This document shows positions 39,507 to 49,386 of a stretch of DNA of 64,000 nt, piece by piece; positions within the stretch are counted from its first letter, which is position 1; each line of letters opens with the position of its first letter. A program made the position numbers and the translations under genes. The stretch lies in the IMG/VR virus record IMGVR_UViG_3300010352_001543. One strand, written 5' to 3'. Below the pieces are notes generated by a model. The model did not search any database. It saw nothing but the letters and a program-made list of their open reading frames with translations, and was not told the DNA's origin. The stretch is from a virus (taxonomy: Duplodnaviria; Caudoviricetes).

Positions 39507-40343
39507 TCAAATTAAGAAATCTTTTTCTATATCAATATAGTATTGGTTCAGTGCCACCAAAGCATCTATGTTTCCCTGAGGAGTAAATGACCAACTATCA
39601 TACGATGAACTGAAATCATTCATGTTCTCTCCGTTAGCAATCGCGCATTTGGAAAATGTTTGAATTGCTATCTGTGGATAAATTATGAAATATTTTTTAT
39701 TATTTTTAGTAGTAACAGCATCCAAATGATATGTGTCTACTACATCCGGAATATGATTACTATATGCTGAAATTATATCATTAAATAAACCATTCTGGTT
39801 TGAATAAAGCATTGCATGACTACACCAGGGTCTTGTGTTCAATCCTTCAACCTCATAAATAAGTTCATCTTCGTTTTCTTTGAGTTTAATATTTTGTAGG
39901 TTGAATATTTCCTGACCGGTGAAGTTATTAAGTGTTCTTGTGTAGTGGCCTAAGAAGATCAAATCCCAATCTATTTTCTTGGTTTCTATTTCGGTAAATA
40001 TTTTATCAATGTAAACCTCAAAGTCCTTGTGGAGAATTGCATCGTCTTCAAAAATTAAAATTGTTTCATAGCCATGTTCAAGGGCATCCTGTACTGCCAT
40101 CCAGTGACTGAAAGTGGCCGCGGAGAATCCATTAATTCTTAGAGAAGATATAAAAAATTTATCTGAATTTCTTTCAAAGAATTTAGCCAGGAAACTATCA
40201 AGTACTTTCCCATTTATGGCAGTAATTCTATTTGAATTTATATCGAAATTAGCAAAGCGTCTTTCCATGAAAAACTGTCGGTCTGTTCTTACGTCTAAAT
40301 TAACATAATATATTTGGTCTATAAGTTCGTTTATTTTTCTCAA
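39507..40343 (-). CDS. Glycosyltransferase family 25, copy 3
   Basis: YYVNLDVRTDR, SHW, IFEDDA, WDLIFLG; likely TTG start at 40343 overlapping the upstream TGA. Confidence 0.85.
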   Translation of the reverse strand: MRKINELIDQIYYVNLDVRTDRQFFMERRFANFDINSNRITAINGKVLDSFLAKFFERNSDKFFISSLRINGFSAATFSHWMAVQDALEHGYETILIFEDDAILHKDFEVYIDKIFTEIETKKIDWDLIFLGHYTRTLNNFTGQEIFNLQNIKLKENEDELIYEVEGLNTRPWCSHAMLYSNQNGLFNDIISAYSNHIPDVVDTYHLDAVTTKNNKKYFIIYPQIAIQTFSKCAIANGENMNDFSSSYDSWSFTPQGNIDALVALNQYYIDIEKDFLI

Positions 40344-41149
40344 ATTATAAAGTCCTTTTCTATATTTACATAATGCTGATTTATGGATGCTATTGTTCGT
40401 TCGATGTCGGTCGGAACAAACCAACGTTTCAAAGATGAACTATAATCTTCCATTGATTCATTTCTTGATATATTTACATTTGTTTCTGTCTGTATTGAAA
40501 TTTGAGGAAAGGAAATAAAAATTTTCATATCTTTCCGGTTCTTCATTGAATCTAAATAATTTCTATCAATGTCGTTTGGAATATTGTTACTGTAATCCGA
40601 AATTATATCATTGAACAACCCATTCCTATCCGAATAAAGCAGAGCATGACAACACCATGAGTTAAAATTCAAATTGGTAATATCATATAGCATTTTATCT
40701 TTGATTGGGATATTATCTACACTAAGAGTCTCTTCATTCGTAAAATAATCAAAACCTCTTGAATAATGACCAAGGTAAATAATATCCCAATCGATATTTT
40801 CTTTTTTTATTTCATCAAACATTTTATTAAGATAACTATCAAAATCTTTATGGAGGATAGCATCATCTTCAAGTATCAAAATTGTCTCATAACCGCGCTC
40901 TAACGCATCTTGTACGGCTAACCAATGACTAAATGTACAAGACAAATAGCCGGCGCATCTAACAGCAGATGAATAATAATTATCTTTATTTCTTTGAAAG
41001 AACTTTTCCAAGAAGTTATTTAGGACATCACCATTTATAGCTGTAATTCTTTTTGAGTTCAGACCAAAATTAAAAAGACGTCTTTCCATAAAAAATTGTC
41101 TATCCGCCCGGTTGTCTAAATTAATATAATAAATTTGGTCTATCATCAT
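40340..41149 (-). CDS. Glycosyltransferase family 25, copy 2
   Basis: YYINLDNRADR, CTFSHW, ILEDDA, WDIIYLG. Confidence 0.88.
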   Translation of the reverse strand: MMIDQIYYINLDNRADRQFFMERRLFNFGLNSKRITAINGDVLNNFLEKFFQRNKDNYYSSAVRCAGYLSCTFSHWLAVQDALERGYETILILEDDAILHKDFDSYLNKMFDEIKKENIDWDIIYLGHYSRGFDYFTNEETLSVDNIPIKDKMLYDITNLNFNSWCCHALLYSDRNGLFNDIISDYSNNIPNDIDRNYLDSMKNRKDMKIFISFPQISIQTETNVNISRNESMEDYSSSLKRWFVPTDIERTIASINQHYVNIEKDFII

Positions 41150-41985
41150 ATGATAAAATCTTTTTCAAGGTCAATGTATTTATAATTTAATGAACTGTTA
41201 GAGATTTCTACTCCATCCTGTGTAAAAGCGCCACCAGCAGACGAAAATGAATTACTAAAATCACCCATCTTTTCGTTTTCGTAAATACTACACTTTGATA
41301 TTGTCTGTAAGGCCAACTGAGGGAAACAACAAAAATGGTTTCTTTCTTTGTGAGTGAAATCTTGTTCAATATTATATTGGTCACTTACTCCTAAGGATGG
41401 AATATTTAAACTATAGTCATTTATAATTTCATTAAATATTCCATTACGGTTAGAATAAAGAACACAATGATTACCCCAAGGTCTTAAATTCAATTCGTTT
41501 GAACTAAAGAGTAGCTGTGGTTTCAATTCAATATTTTTAAGACTATATTCTTCGTTGTTGGTAAGGAAACTGAAAGTTCTTGAATAGTGACCAAGGTATA
41601 TAATATCCCATTCAATTTTTCTTTCTCTAATCTCTTCGAATATTTGATTGAAATGATAATCAAAATTCTTATGAAGTATAGCATCATCTTCAAGGAGTAG
41701 TATTGTTTCATATCCATTCTCCAATGCGTCTTGAAGGGCTAACCAATGACTGAATGTACAAGTCAGATAGCCAGGAATAGTCGTTGACGGATGGTACCAT
41801 TCTTTGGAATGACGTTTAATAAAATTAGAAATAATACCATTCCACGTTTTTCCGTTCAATGCAGGTATTCTTTTTGACTGGATACCGAAATTAGACAATC
41901 TTCTCTCAATGAAAAATTGTCTGTCCGGTCGGCTATCCAAGTTTATATAATAAACCTGGTCCACTAAATTATTTATTGCTTCCAT
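41146..41985 (-). CDS. Glycosyltransferase family 25, copy 1
   Basis: YYINLDSRPDR, CTFSHW, LLEDDA, WDIIYLG; likely start MEAINN at 41985. Confidence 0.88.
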   Translation of the reverse strand: MEAINNLVDQVYYINLDSRPDRQFFIERRLSNFGIQSKRIPALNGKTWNGIISNFIKRHSKEWYHPSTTIPGYLTCTFSHWLALQDALENGYETILLLEDDAILHKNFDYHFNQIFEEIRERKIEWDIIYLGHYSRTFSFLTNNEEYSLKNIELKPQLLFSSNELNLRPWGNHCVLYSNRNGIFNEIINDYSLNIPSLGVSDQYNIEQDFTHKERNHFCCFPQLALQTISKCSIYENEKMGDFSNSFSSAGGAFTQDGVEISNSSLNYKYIDLEKDFII

Positions 41986-41986
41986 A

Positions 41987-43852
41987 CTACATGTAGTCAA
42001 AATTATTATCAATGCTAATTTCTTGTCTGTCTAAAATCAATGGTGGATAAACATAATAAGAATTGAATTGCGCATCATTGATTGTTTTGTTTAAATAGGT
42101 ATCGATATTGTCTTCGAAATTTTTATTGAATGAGTTTAATATGTGATCAACTACATGTGGAATTTTTTCGTCTTTTATTTGGAATGCAGTTGCGATCAAG
42201 CCATCATTTACTTTAAAATCAGTATTATGAAGTTTCTTCGCTAAGACAGGATAGTCATTAGGTCCTCTTTTATCAAAATATAAATCAAGTGTCTCTAAAT
42301 TATAACCAATATGTATAATATCCCAATAATCTAATTCTTTCAACCGTTGGATTATTGTATTCATATGAAGGTTGAAATTCTTGTGTAATCCTACTTCATC
42401 TCTAATTATTAAAAATCTTTTATAGCCTCTGACCTTTGCCCTATTAAGTAACGTCAAATAGGATAATGTTTCTGAAATATGTTCGGTTGAATTTAGAGCA
42501 TTAGTTTCCGTTGTGTTCGGATCAACAAATACATTGAATACTTGTGGATAGTAGGCAATGAATTCCTCAGCTAAAATATCATGAAGCATTAGCTTACTTT
42601 TGACCCTTTGATAACTTTCTTCGTTTTTAGCCAGCACATAGATTCGGTCGAAATAATTATTAACATTATCACTGAATTGAAAAGCTGTTTTAAAAACATC
42701 TGTTTTGATTTTCGGTACATCTATCGGTTTCTTTTTGAATGTTTTTGCAACTTTGGTAAATCTTTCTATATCTCTAATTTCTTGATTATATAAATAGTCC
42801 ATATTCTTTTCGTATAAATCTTCTTCTTTTTTCGTCGCTTCTTGCTTGATAACATTTTCCAACCAAACTTTCATCGAGGGTGAATAAATAGTAGCATAAT
42901 TTTTATCTTCAAAAAGAATTTCTTCGCTATTCTCCATTGATAAACCAGTATTGACAAAATATAATGCTTTTTCATAATCCTTGTAGTCATCCGCATAAAT
43001 TTTGCTTAGGAAAAAATATGGTTCTATTCGATTAGAATATTCACACATTGACATTAATGTATCAATAGCCGGTTGTATTTTCCCTACCGAACGGTAATGC
43101 TGGGCAAGATCCAACATAGCTTGAAGTTCTTCTGCCTTGTAATGATAATTTATTTTGTTACAAGTAAGAAGATAATTTTCATATGCTTTGATTGAATTAT
43201 CAATATCACCTTGACCACTATACGACTGAGCCAAATAAAAATGAGCTCGGGTATCGTTTGGATTCTTTTTAATAGCCGTATTTAATATTTCCACATACTT
43301 ATTGAAACGTGCAACATAATCATGTGTCTTGTCTTTATGGTCATGAATCACCACTACATCGTTTAACATAGTACTTTTTTTACAGTTTGGAGTTGCTAAG
43401 TACTCATGAACTCCAGGTCCTTCGAACTTCCATCCAAGTTTATATTTTTTATTTTTCCATGCTCTAACCCGGTGATAAGACAAGGTTACGTTTCCATTAT
43501 AGTCAACATCATTAATCCACGTAGAAATGACGTCAAACTTATTTGACTTGATAGCTTCAAGCAAGGATAGCTGACTATCATCGTCTCTCATATATTCATC
43601 TGCATCCGAAAAAATAATCCATGTTATCTCCGGCATTTCTGAAACTTTCTTCAGTAGATAATTTTTACTATCAACAAAGTTTTTAAATGGCTGTTCAAAA
43701 ACAGTTCCAAACTCTTTTAATTTTTCAACTGTTCCGTCGGTTGAACCGGTATCTAAAAATATAAATTCATTAACTATATTTTTATATGAGTCATACATTT
43801 TTTGAATGACGTTTATTTCGTCTTTAACCATTGAACAAAGTGCTATATTCAT
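41987..43852 (-). CDS. GT2 glycosyltransferase + TPR + degenerate GT25 domain
   Basis: MVKDE, DTGSTDGT, DADE (DxD), GVHEYL; TPR helices (PNDTRAHFYLAQSY); the C-terminal ~230 aa align by eye to the GT25 copies. Confidence 0.85.
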   Translation of the reverse strand: MNIALCSMVKDEINVIQKMYDSYKNIVNEFIFLDTGSTDGTVEKLKEFGTVFEQPFKNFVDSKNYLLKKVSEMPEITWIIFSDADEYMRDDDSQLSLLEAIKSNKFDVISTWINDVDYNGNVTLSYHRVRAWKNKKYKLGWKFEGPGVHEYLATPNCKKSTMLNDVVVIHDHKDKTHDYVARFNKYVEILNTAIKKNPNDTRAHFYLAQSYSGQGDIDNSIKAYENYLLTCNKINYHYKAEELQAMLDLAQHYRSVGKIQPAIDTLMSMCEYSNRIEPYFFLSKIYADDYKDYEKALYFVNTGLSMENSEEILFEDKNYATIYSPSMKVWLENVIKQEATKKEEDLYEKNMDYLYNQEIRDIERFTKVAKTFKKKPIDVPKIKTDVFKTAFQFSDNVNNYFDRIYVLAKNEESYQRVKSKLMLHDILAEEFIAYYPQVFNVFVDPNTTETNALNSTEHISETLSYLTLLNRAKVRGYKRFLIIRDEVGLHKNFNLHMNTIIQRLKELDYWDIIHIGYNLETLDLYFDKRGPNDYPVLAKKLHNTDFKVNDGLIATAFQIKDEKIPHVVDHILNSFNKNFEDNIDTYLNKTINDAQFNSYYVYPPLILDRQEISIDNNFDYM

Positions 43853-43854
43853 TC

Positions 43855-44292
43855 TTATTTCCTATTAAAATATTCTAAATCAAATTCGGTAGAATCAACT
43901 ATAGACAAATGATGAAACCTGTACCAGCCAGGTTTCATCATAATCTTTTCATAAATTCTGTTTCTAATTATTGTGTTTGCTTCTTGTGTAGGTTCCCAGT
44001 CGTTCCGGATGCTTCTATCCAAAACAGATATGTCAGGGAAATCCATTTTAGGAACAAATCCTCTGAACAACATTTCATCTTTCAAAAGATAAAATCTATT
44101 TTGTAGATAAACAAATTTATCTTTAAAGAAATTCATATGTCCTTTCCCGAGAGAGAATGTTTCTGGAATATCAGACTTGATTATAAAATTATTGTACCGA
44201 AGGCTACCAAACACCATTGGCAGCTCCCGATACTCAGCAATAAGGTGCTGATCCGTTAATTTCTCGGGTGGAACACCTACATTACATCTCAC
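43855..44292 (-). CDS. denV: Pyrimidine-dimer DNA glycosylase / endonuclease V
   Basis: MRCN...LTDQHLIAEYRELP, FSLGKGHMNFF, EMLFRGF, KPGWYR. Confidence 0.9.
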   Translation of the reverse strand: MRCNVGVPPEKLTDQHLIAEYRELPMVFGSLRYNNFIIKSDIPETFSLGKGHMNFFKDKFVYLQNRFYLLKDEMLFRGFVPKMDFPDISVLDRSIRNDWEPTQEANTIIRNRIYEKIMMKPGWYRFHHLSIVDSTEFDLEYFNRK

Positions 44293-44298
44293 AGTTTA

Positions 44299-44934
44299 CT
44301 AAGCCAAATATTCTGTTGGATCAAAACCTTCTAATGCTTCTTTTCGTTCGTTGCAAGTGCCGCAAGTGCCGCAATGCTTTTCAGTTCCTTTGTAGCAACT
44401 CCAAGTATTCGAAAAATCTACACCGTTTTTATGTCCTCTGAGGGCAATATCTCTTTTGGTGATATTCGTGTAAGGAGCAAGAATGTTAATATTTGTTTCT
44501 GTTCCATATGCAATCGCGTTACTCATTTCGTGTATAAACGTTGATCGACAATCAGGATAGATTGCATGGTCACCGGCGTGGTTTGCTATCAATATTTTCT
44601 TTGCGCCAATACTTTCTGCAAGACCGGCGGCAATACTAAGCATGATACCATTTCTGAAAGGCACTACTGTCTTCTTCATCATTTCATCTTCGTAATGACC
44701 ATCCGGAATTTCTCCACCTGACTTCAAAAGATCAGAAGCAAAATATTTATTGATAAAAGGCAAGTCAATAACTATATGTTTTATTTTTAATTTTTTGCAA
44801 TTCTTCTTAGCGAATGCTATTTCTTTGCTGTTATGTTTACTACCGTAATTAAAGCTAACAGCAAGCTTAATGTCGTTTTTATATTCATTTAGAAGAACGG
44901 TCGAATCCATTCCACCACTGTATATTATTAACAT
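44299..44934 (-). CDS. queC: 7-cyano-7-deazaguanine synthase QueC
   Basis: SGGMDS PP-loop, VPFRNGIMLS, YPDCR, TWSCY..G...HCGTCGTC.ER. Confidence 0.95.
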   Translation of the reverse strand: MLIIYSGGMDSTVLLNEYKNDIKLAVSFNYGSKHNSKEIAFAKKNCKKLKIKHIVIDLPFINKYFASDLLKSGGEIPDGHYEDEMMKKTVVPFRNGIMLSIAAGLAESIGAKKILIANHAGDHAIYPDCRSTFIHEMSNAIAYGTETNINILAPYTNITKRDIALRGHKNGVDFSNTWSCYKGTEKHCGTCGTCNERKEALEGFDPTEYLA

Positions 44935-45004
44935 TTTGTACCTATTTATAAATTCTAAAAATTCTTGTTTCTTTATTATACAATTTTAATTCATATAATT
45001 AAAA

Positions 45005-45676
45005 TTATTCAGCTACTTTTTTTCCAAGTTCGGAACCGTCTTTTAGTATGAAATTACAAAGTAAATCCTCGTAGGTATACTCAAATATTTCTCCTACTGA
45101 TTCCTCATGTACACCGTTCCAAAAATCATATATTTTTACGATTATAACGGACTCTTCCATAACATATTTAACTCTGAATATACATTTCCCGAATATCTTA
45201 ACAATTTCCAAGCCAGGGTATATCAAATCGGTATCATCCGGACCAAGAGGAACGGTCTTATACTTTCTATCTTCTGATATGATGTAATTATACTCTTCCC
45301 AATTCCAGACCGGAGAATCCACATACGATTCATCGGTTCCGATTATTTCTTTAATGTTTTGGCATATTCCATCACTGTTGTAATTTGCTTGAAGCATGGT
45401 CAATGCTTTTAACATTGTTTCGTACTCACAACGTTTAAACGTTTTCTTTTTTGCTTTGTTTTCTAATGTCTCTCTGAATTCATCAAAGATATTGAATTTC
45501 TTTTCCTGTTGGCATGCTGCTGGTGTTTCGCCCGTTACTGGTTTGGAACAACATTGATCATCACAACATTTTTTCGTTCCGAATTTTTCTCGAAAATTGT
45601 TCATGTGTTCTTTTCCGAAAATATCATCAAATACATTTAGTAGATCACTAAAGTCTACTTCTAAATCTTTTGTCAT
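45005..45676 (-). CDS. Hypothetical protein
   Basis: 223-aa ORF with a GGAG RBS. Confidence 0.65.
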   Translation of the reverse strand: MTKDLEVDFSDLLNVFDDIFGKEHMNNFREKFGTKKCCDDQCCSKPVTGETPAACQQEKKFNIFDEFRETLENKAKKKTFKRCEYETMLKALTMLQANYNSDGICQNIKEIIGTDESYVDSPVWNWEEYNYIISEDRKYKTVPLGPDDTDLIYPGLEIVKIFGKCIFRVKYVMEESVIIVKIYDFWNGVHEESVGEIFEYTYEDLLCNFILKDGSELGKKVAE

Positions 45677-45948
45677 TTTATATCTCCTCCATATCCTAAA
45701 AATTCTATTTTGCTATTTGCATATTCTATTATTGTCTTACATTTAAATGCTGTGTCTATTAACTCGGCTAATTCAGCTAAACTTCTATAATCTAAATCAA
45801 CCAATAATTTGGAAAGTACCACTTCAGGTATTTCGTTATAAAAATACTTATGAATTGTGTCTATATCGCTATACTTTATGTAATTCCAAGTACAAGTTAA
45901 TTTAACATCACCTGCTAAAAAATATTCATATAGAGTTATTTTAAGCAT
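45673..45948 (-). CDS. Hypothetical protein
   Basis: 91 aa; ATGA coupling to the next gene. Confidence 0.55.
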   Translation of the reverse strand: MLKITLYEYFLAGDVKLTCTWNYIKYSDIDTIHKYFYNEIPEVVLSKLLVDLDYRSLAELAELIDTAFKCKTIIEYANSKIEFLGYGGDIK

Positions 45949-46276
45949 TTTCGTCCATCTCCTTAATCAAGAAATCATATAATTTTTCAACTGTTGAAAT
46001 ATCAATAATACTGCTGTCTGAATCCGTTATCGAACCAGGAACCCATTTCTTACCAAAATCTAATTCATATAGCCAGTATTGAATCCAACCGTTTTCTTTG
46101 TCATCGAATATATTTTCTAATAATTCTATTATAGCATTATATAAAATATCATTACTATAACCAGTGACCCAATCATTAGAAAAAATTTGCTGAAACATAC
46201 CATTGCATTTATAATCAAAATCAGTTTGTGCCTGAAATTGTTGCATAGTGTTTGTAAATTGTTCTTTACTTATCAT
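45941..46276 (-). CDS. Conserved-looking phage hypothetical protein
   Basis: WIQYWLYELDFGKKW...LYDFL motif; AGGA RBS. Confidence 0.65.
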   Translation of the reverse strand: MISKEQFTNTMQQFQAQTDFDYKCNGMFQQIFSNDWVTGYSNDILYNAIIELLENIFDDKENGWIQYWLYELDFGKKWVPGSITDSDSSIIDISTVEKLYDFLIKEMDENA

Positions 46277-46328
46277 CTTTTTTCCTTTTGTAAAATATTT
46301 TTTACAGTTAAAAAGTTATGTTTTAAAA

Positions 46329-46562
46329 TCATCTCATATACCAAATATGTTCATCATATGTATTATCATCAATTTCGTAATTTAATTCTCTTATAACTCT
46401 TGCTCTTACCGATTCTATATCTGTTATTCTATGTACATGGTGGTACTCGGGTATATACCTAACTTTTCTTTGGTAAGATTCCTCTATTTCTTCTTCTATA
46501 TCTGTTGTTTCATCTACCTTATTACTCTTACCAAATAATCCTTTAAAAATTGATTTAAACAT
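46329..46562 (-). CDS. Hypothetical protein
   Basis: 77 aa; promoter motif at 46628..46636. Confidence 0.55.
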   Translation of the reverse strand: MFKSIFKGLFGKSNKVDETTDIEEEIEESYQRKVRYIPEYHHVHRITDIESVRARVIRELNYEIDDNTYDEHIWYMR

Positions 46563-46644
46563 TTTTATCCATTTTTTTAAAAAAATAAATTATTAAAAAT
46601 AGAATTAGACTTAATTCTATACCGATTTATATATTTGGTAATTG

Positions 46645-46872
46645 CTATCGACTGCTCTCCTTTGGTATAGTTAATTTTTGTTTGCCTTGTGCTAACCAGT
46701 TAATCAATTTGTTGATGTCATAAGCATAAGAACGGACGGTGTTTCCTACACCATCTGAGTTAACAATAGAAATATCGATACAAGCCAAATTGTAATCGAA
46801 CTCGAGTCTTAAAGTATTGAATGCGTCTTCTATTACAAGATCGCTCAGTTCATGTTTTGGAGTGGTTGACAT
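46645..46872 (-). CDS. Hypothetical protein
   Basis: 75 aa with an AAGGAG RBS. Confidence 0.6.
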   Translation of the reverse strand: MSTTPKHELSDLVIEDAFNTLRLEFDYNLACIDISIVNSDGVGNTVRSYAYDINKLINWLAQGKQKLTIPKESSR

Positions 46873-47269
46873 AAATATGTCTCCTTAAAATATTATATAA
46901 AATTAATAAAACTTTCATAAACGTTGTCTATTGCATTTTTTATTTGAAAATGAGTATTGTTATACCTACTCGCTTAAAAATGTCATATACATCATTTATG
47001 ATTGAATTATGATTGAATTATGAGTGTTCTACAAATTTAGCAATGAGCATTTCAACCGTAGTTTAAAAATGACCATTATTTGGACTAAATTGATTATTTC
47101 TCCACCTGAAAAAATATTTTGTACTTTATGTTATTATAATTAAACAAAGTATAAATTATTTTTAATTATTTTCAATTATTTTTAGAAATCTTGTTACAAA
47201 ATGTCTAAAAACGGTGTATAATTAATTAGTAATGCTAATCATTCAATAATATATTATAATATAGATTAT

Positions 47270-47320
47270 AGCTGCAACAACAGAAATGTTAGTCTTTCGA
47301 TGGCTGTTGCAGCTTTTTTT
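47270..47320 (+). terminator. Intrinsic terminator-like hairpin
   Basis: AGCTGCAACA (47270) / TGTTGCAGCT (47305..47314) followed by a T-run on the + strand. Confidence 0.6.
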
Positions 47321-47363
47321 CTTTTTTCAATTAACTTTTTTTCTTCAATTTTATTCTTCAATT

Positions 47364-49244
47364 TTATTCTTTGATTCTTTTTAACAAATCTTCATATGTT
47401 ATGATTTCGATTCCGAGCTTTGATGCTTTGACCATCTTACTTGAATTTGAGTTATAATCATCGGTGATTAGCATTCGACAATTCTTGTCCAGTTTGGTGT
47501 GTTCATAGCCGAATTCTTTTAAATCATTTTCCAAAGTTTCTTTTTTGTCGTAAAAAGGCTTTGGACTTCCAGTCATTTCGTAAGTAATTGAATTTTCCAT
47601 TTTAGTTTCCTCTTTTGGTTTTTCTATTTCTATACCTAAACTATTTAATTTTTCTATTTGTTGTTGCAATCTTTTAAAAGATTCTCCTTTGGAAACAAAA
47701 TCTTCTATGATTGATTTTTGTAATCCACTGAAGTCATATTTTTTTCCTTGGAACCAGTTGGTTAATTGTTTCGCTATTGATTTTCCTAAGTTGTCAATTC
47801 CTAAAGAAATTATTACTTGTTCTAAATTCAATGTTTTTATTTTTTTGATTTGATCAAGAAGGCGTTCAACACTTCTTCCGGTTCCAAATCCATGATTACT
47901 GAACCATTGTTCATCTAAACTGAAAATGTCTATAGGATTGGTTATTCCTGAACGATAAATGTCTTCTAATGTTGAAGGACCAAAGAATTCCATTTTAAAT
48001 GCAATTACAGCGGAGATAAATTTTTTCTCGTTTCCGCCGGTACATTCAGGATTACTACAAGTAGCATGTACTTCACCGATTGTTATTGGTCCGCCGCAAA
48101 TAGGACAAGTTCTTGGAATTTGTTTTGTATCTTCAGGTGCTACCGAAATAACTTTCAGCACCATCGGAATAATGTCACCGGATTTCACTAAAATTATTTT
48201 AGCGCCAGGGAAAAGACCGTTGTCTTTTACATATCTATAATTATGTAAAGAAACACGACTAACCATTGAACCGTCTAAATCTACTGGTTCTAAAATTCCT
48301 ACAGGAACAAGGTTTGATTGTTTTGAAATTTTCCATTCAATTCCGATAACAGTTGCTACAACTTCTTTTGGTTGAAATTTGATAGCCTTTGCCCAGTTAG
48401 GATCATGGCTATTTTCGCCAAGTTTGTTTCTTAGGTTGGTGTCGGCTACTTTAATAACGAAACCATCAAGCTGAAACTCACTATGTTTTTCACGATACTC
48501 TAACATAGATTGGTAAATATCATCAAATGTTCTGGAATTGAAATCAATAAGTGTTGACATTGATATTTCAGGAAAAAAGTTAGCTTGGAATATTTGGCGA
48601 GTGTTGGTCATATAATATGATGGTTCATCTTTTGGATGTACTTTAATCTCGTAAGGAACAAAACTAAAATCTTTGATAGTTTCGTTTTCAAGTTCTTCAG
48701 TGTGAAGAATACCAGCAACCAAGTTTCTTGGATTTTTGAATTGTGAATATTTTTTTAAGAATATTGATTTTTTTAGGAGTACTTCACCGCGAATTTCGGC
48801 AAGTTCATGAATGTTGATGTAGGCGGGAACAAGATGTTTCATTACATGAGTGATATCAATTCCTATTTCTCCGTCACCACGTGTTAGGGCACGAACCAGT
48901 GCTCCGTTTTCATATATTAAATTACAAGAGTTGCCATCGAATTTTGGTTCGATTATGTAACAACTATAGCCAATTTTTTTCATCCACTTTTCAACTTCTT
49001 CTTTTGGAGGTTCCGAGTTTGAAATTGCTTTGATTTTGCTAAGGCTCAACATTTTTGAAATGTGAGGAAATTTTGATTTTGTTGATGTGGTAAATGCACC
49101 AACTATTTCGATGACTGATGAACCGATGCCCTCAAGTTCTTTTTCCAAGGTGTCAAATTCTTCGTCTGTTAGAAATGGTGTGCCTTCGTAGTAGGCAGCT
49201 TTTGCTTTGAGATACAATTCTTCTTTTTCTGTAAACATTTTCAA
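47364..49244 (-). CDS. ligA: NAD-dependent DNA ligase
   Basis: YYEG...TDEEFD, MLSLSK, EPKFDG, TRGDG, EIRGE, NPRN, DGFVIK, AIKF, CPICG..C....C zinc motif, BRCT-like tail; ATG likely at 49238. Confidence 0.95.
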   Translation of the reverse strand: MKMFTEKEELYLKAKAAYYEGTPFLTDEEFDTLEKELEGIGSSVIEIVGAFTTSTKSKFPHISKMLSLSKIKAISNSEPPKEEVEKWMKKIGYSCYIIEPKFDGNSCNLIYENGALVRALTRGDGEIGIDITHVMKHLVPAYINIHELAEIRGEVLLKKSIFLKKYSQFKNPRNLVAGILHTEELENETIKDFSFVPYEIKVHPKDEPSYYMTNTRQIFQANFFPEISMSTLIDFNSRTFDDIYQSMLEYREKHSEFQLDGFVIKVADTNLRNKLGENSHDPNWAKAIKFQPKEVVATVIGIEWKISKQSNLVPVGILEPVDLDGSMVSRVSLHNYRYVKDNGLFPGAKIILVKSGDIIPMVLKVISVAPEDTKQIPRTCPICGGPITIGEVHATCSNPECTGGNEKKFISAVIAFKMEFFGPSTLEDIYRSGITNPIDIFSLDEQWFSNHGFGTGRSVERLLDQIKKIKTLNLEQVIISLGIDNLGKSIAKQLTNWFQGKKYDFSGLQKSIIEDFVSKGESFKRLQQQIEKLNSLGIEIEKPKEETKMENSITYEMTGSPKPFYDKKETLENDLKEFGYEHTKLDKNCRMLITDDYNSNSSKMVKASKLGIEIITYEDLLKRIKE

Positions 49245-49352
49245 ATCCTCTAAAATTATTAGTTTTTAAACATATAAATATAAAGACGATGCTGATTTGT
49301 TTTTATTGTATATAAAAAGAAAGAATTTTCAAATAAATTGAAAATTCTTTCT
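49245..49352 (-). promoter_or_regulatory. Terminator-promoter-RBS cassette, copy A
   Basis: AGAAAGAATTTTC...GAAAATTCTTTCT hairpin + T-run, TACAATAAAA, CGTCTTTAT, ACTAATAATTTTAGAGGA; homologous to copies B and C. Confidence 0.8.
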
Positions 49353-49386
49353 AAATTCAGGAATCGTAGAGGAGCATTAACAATTT

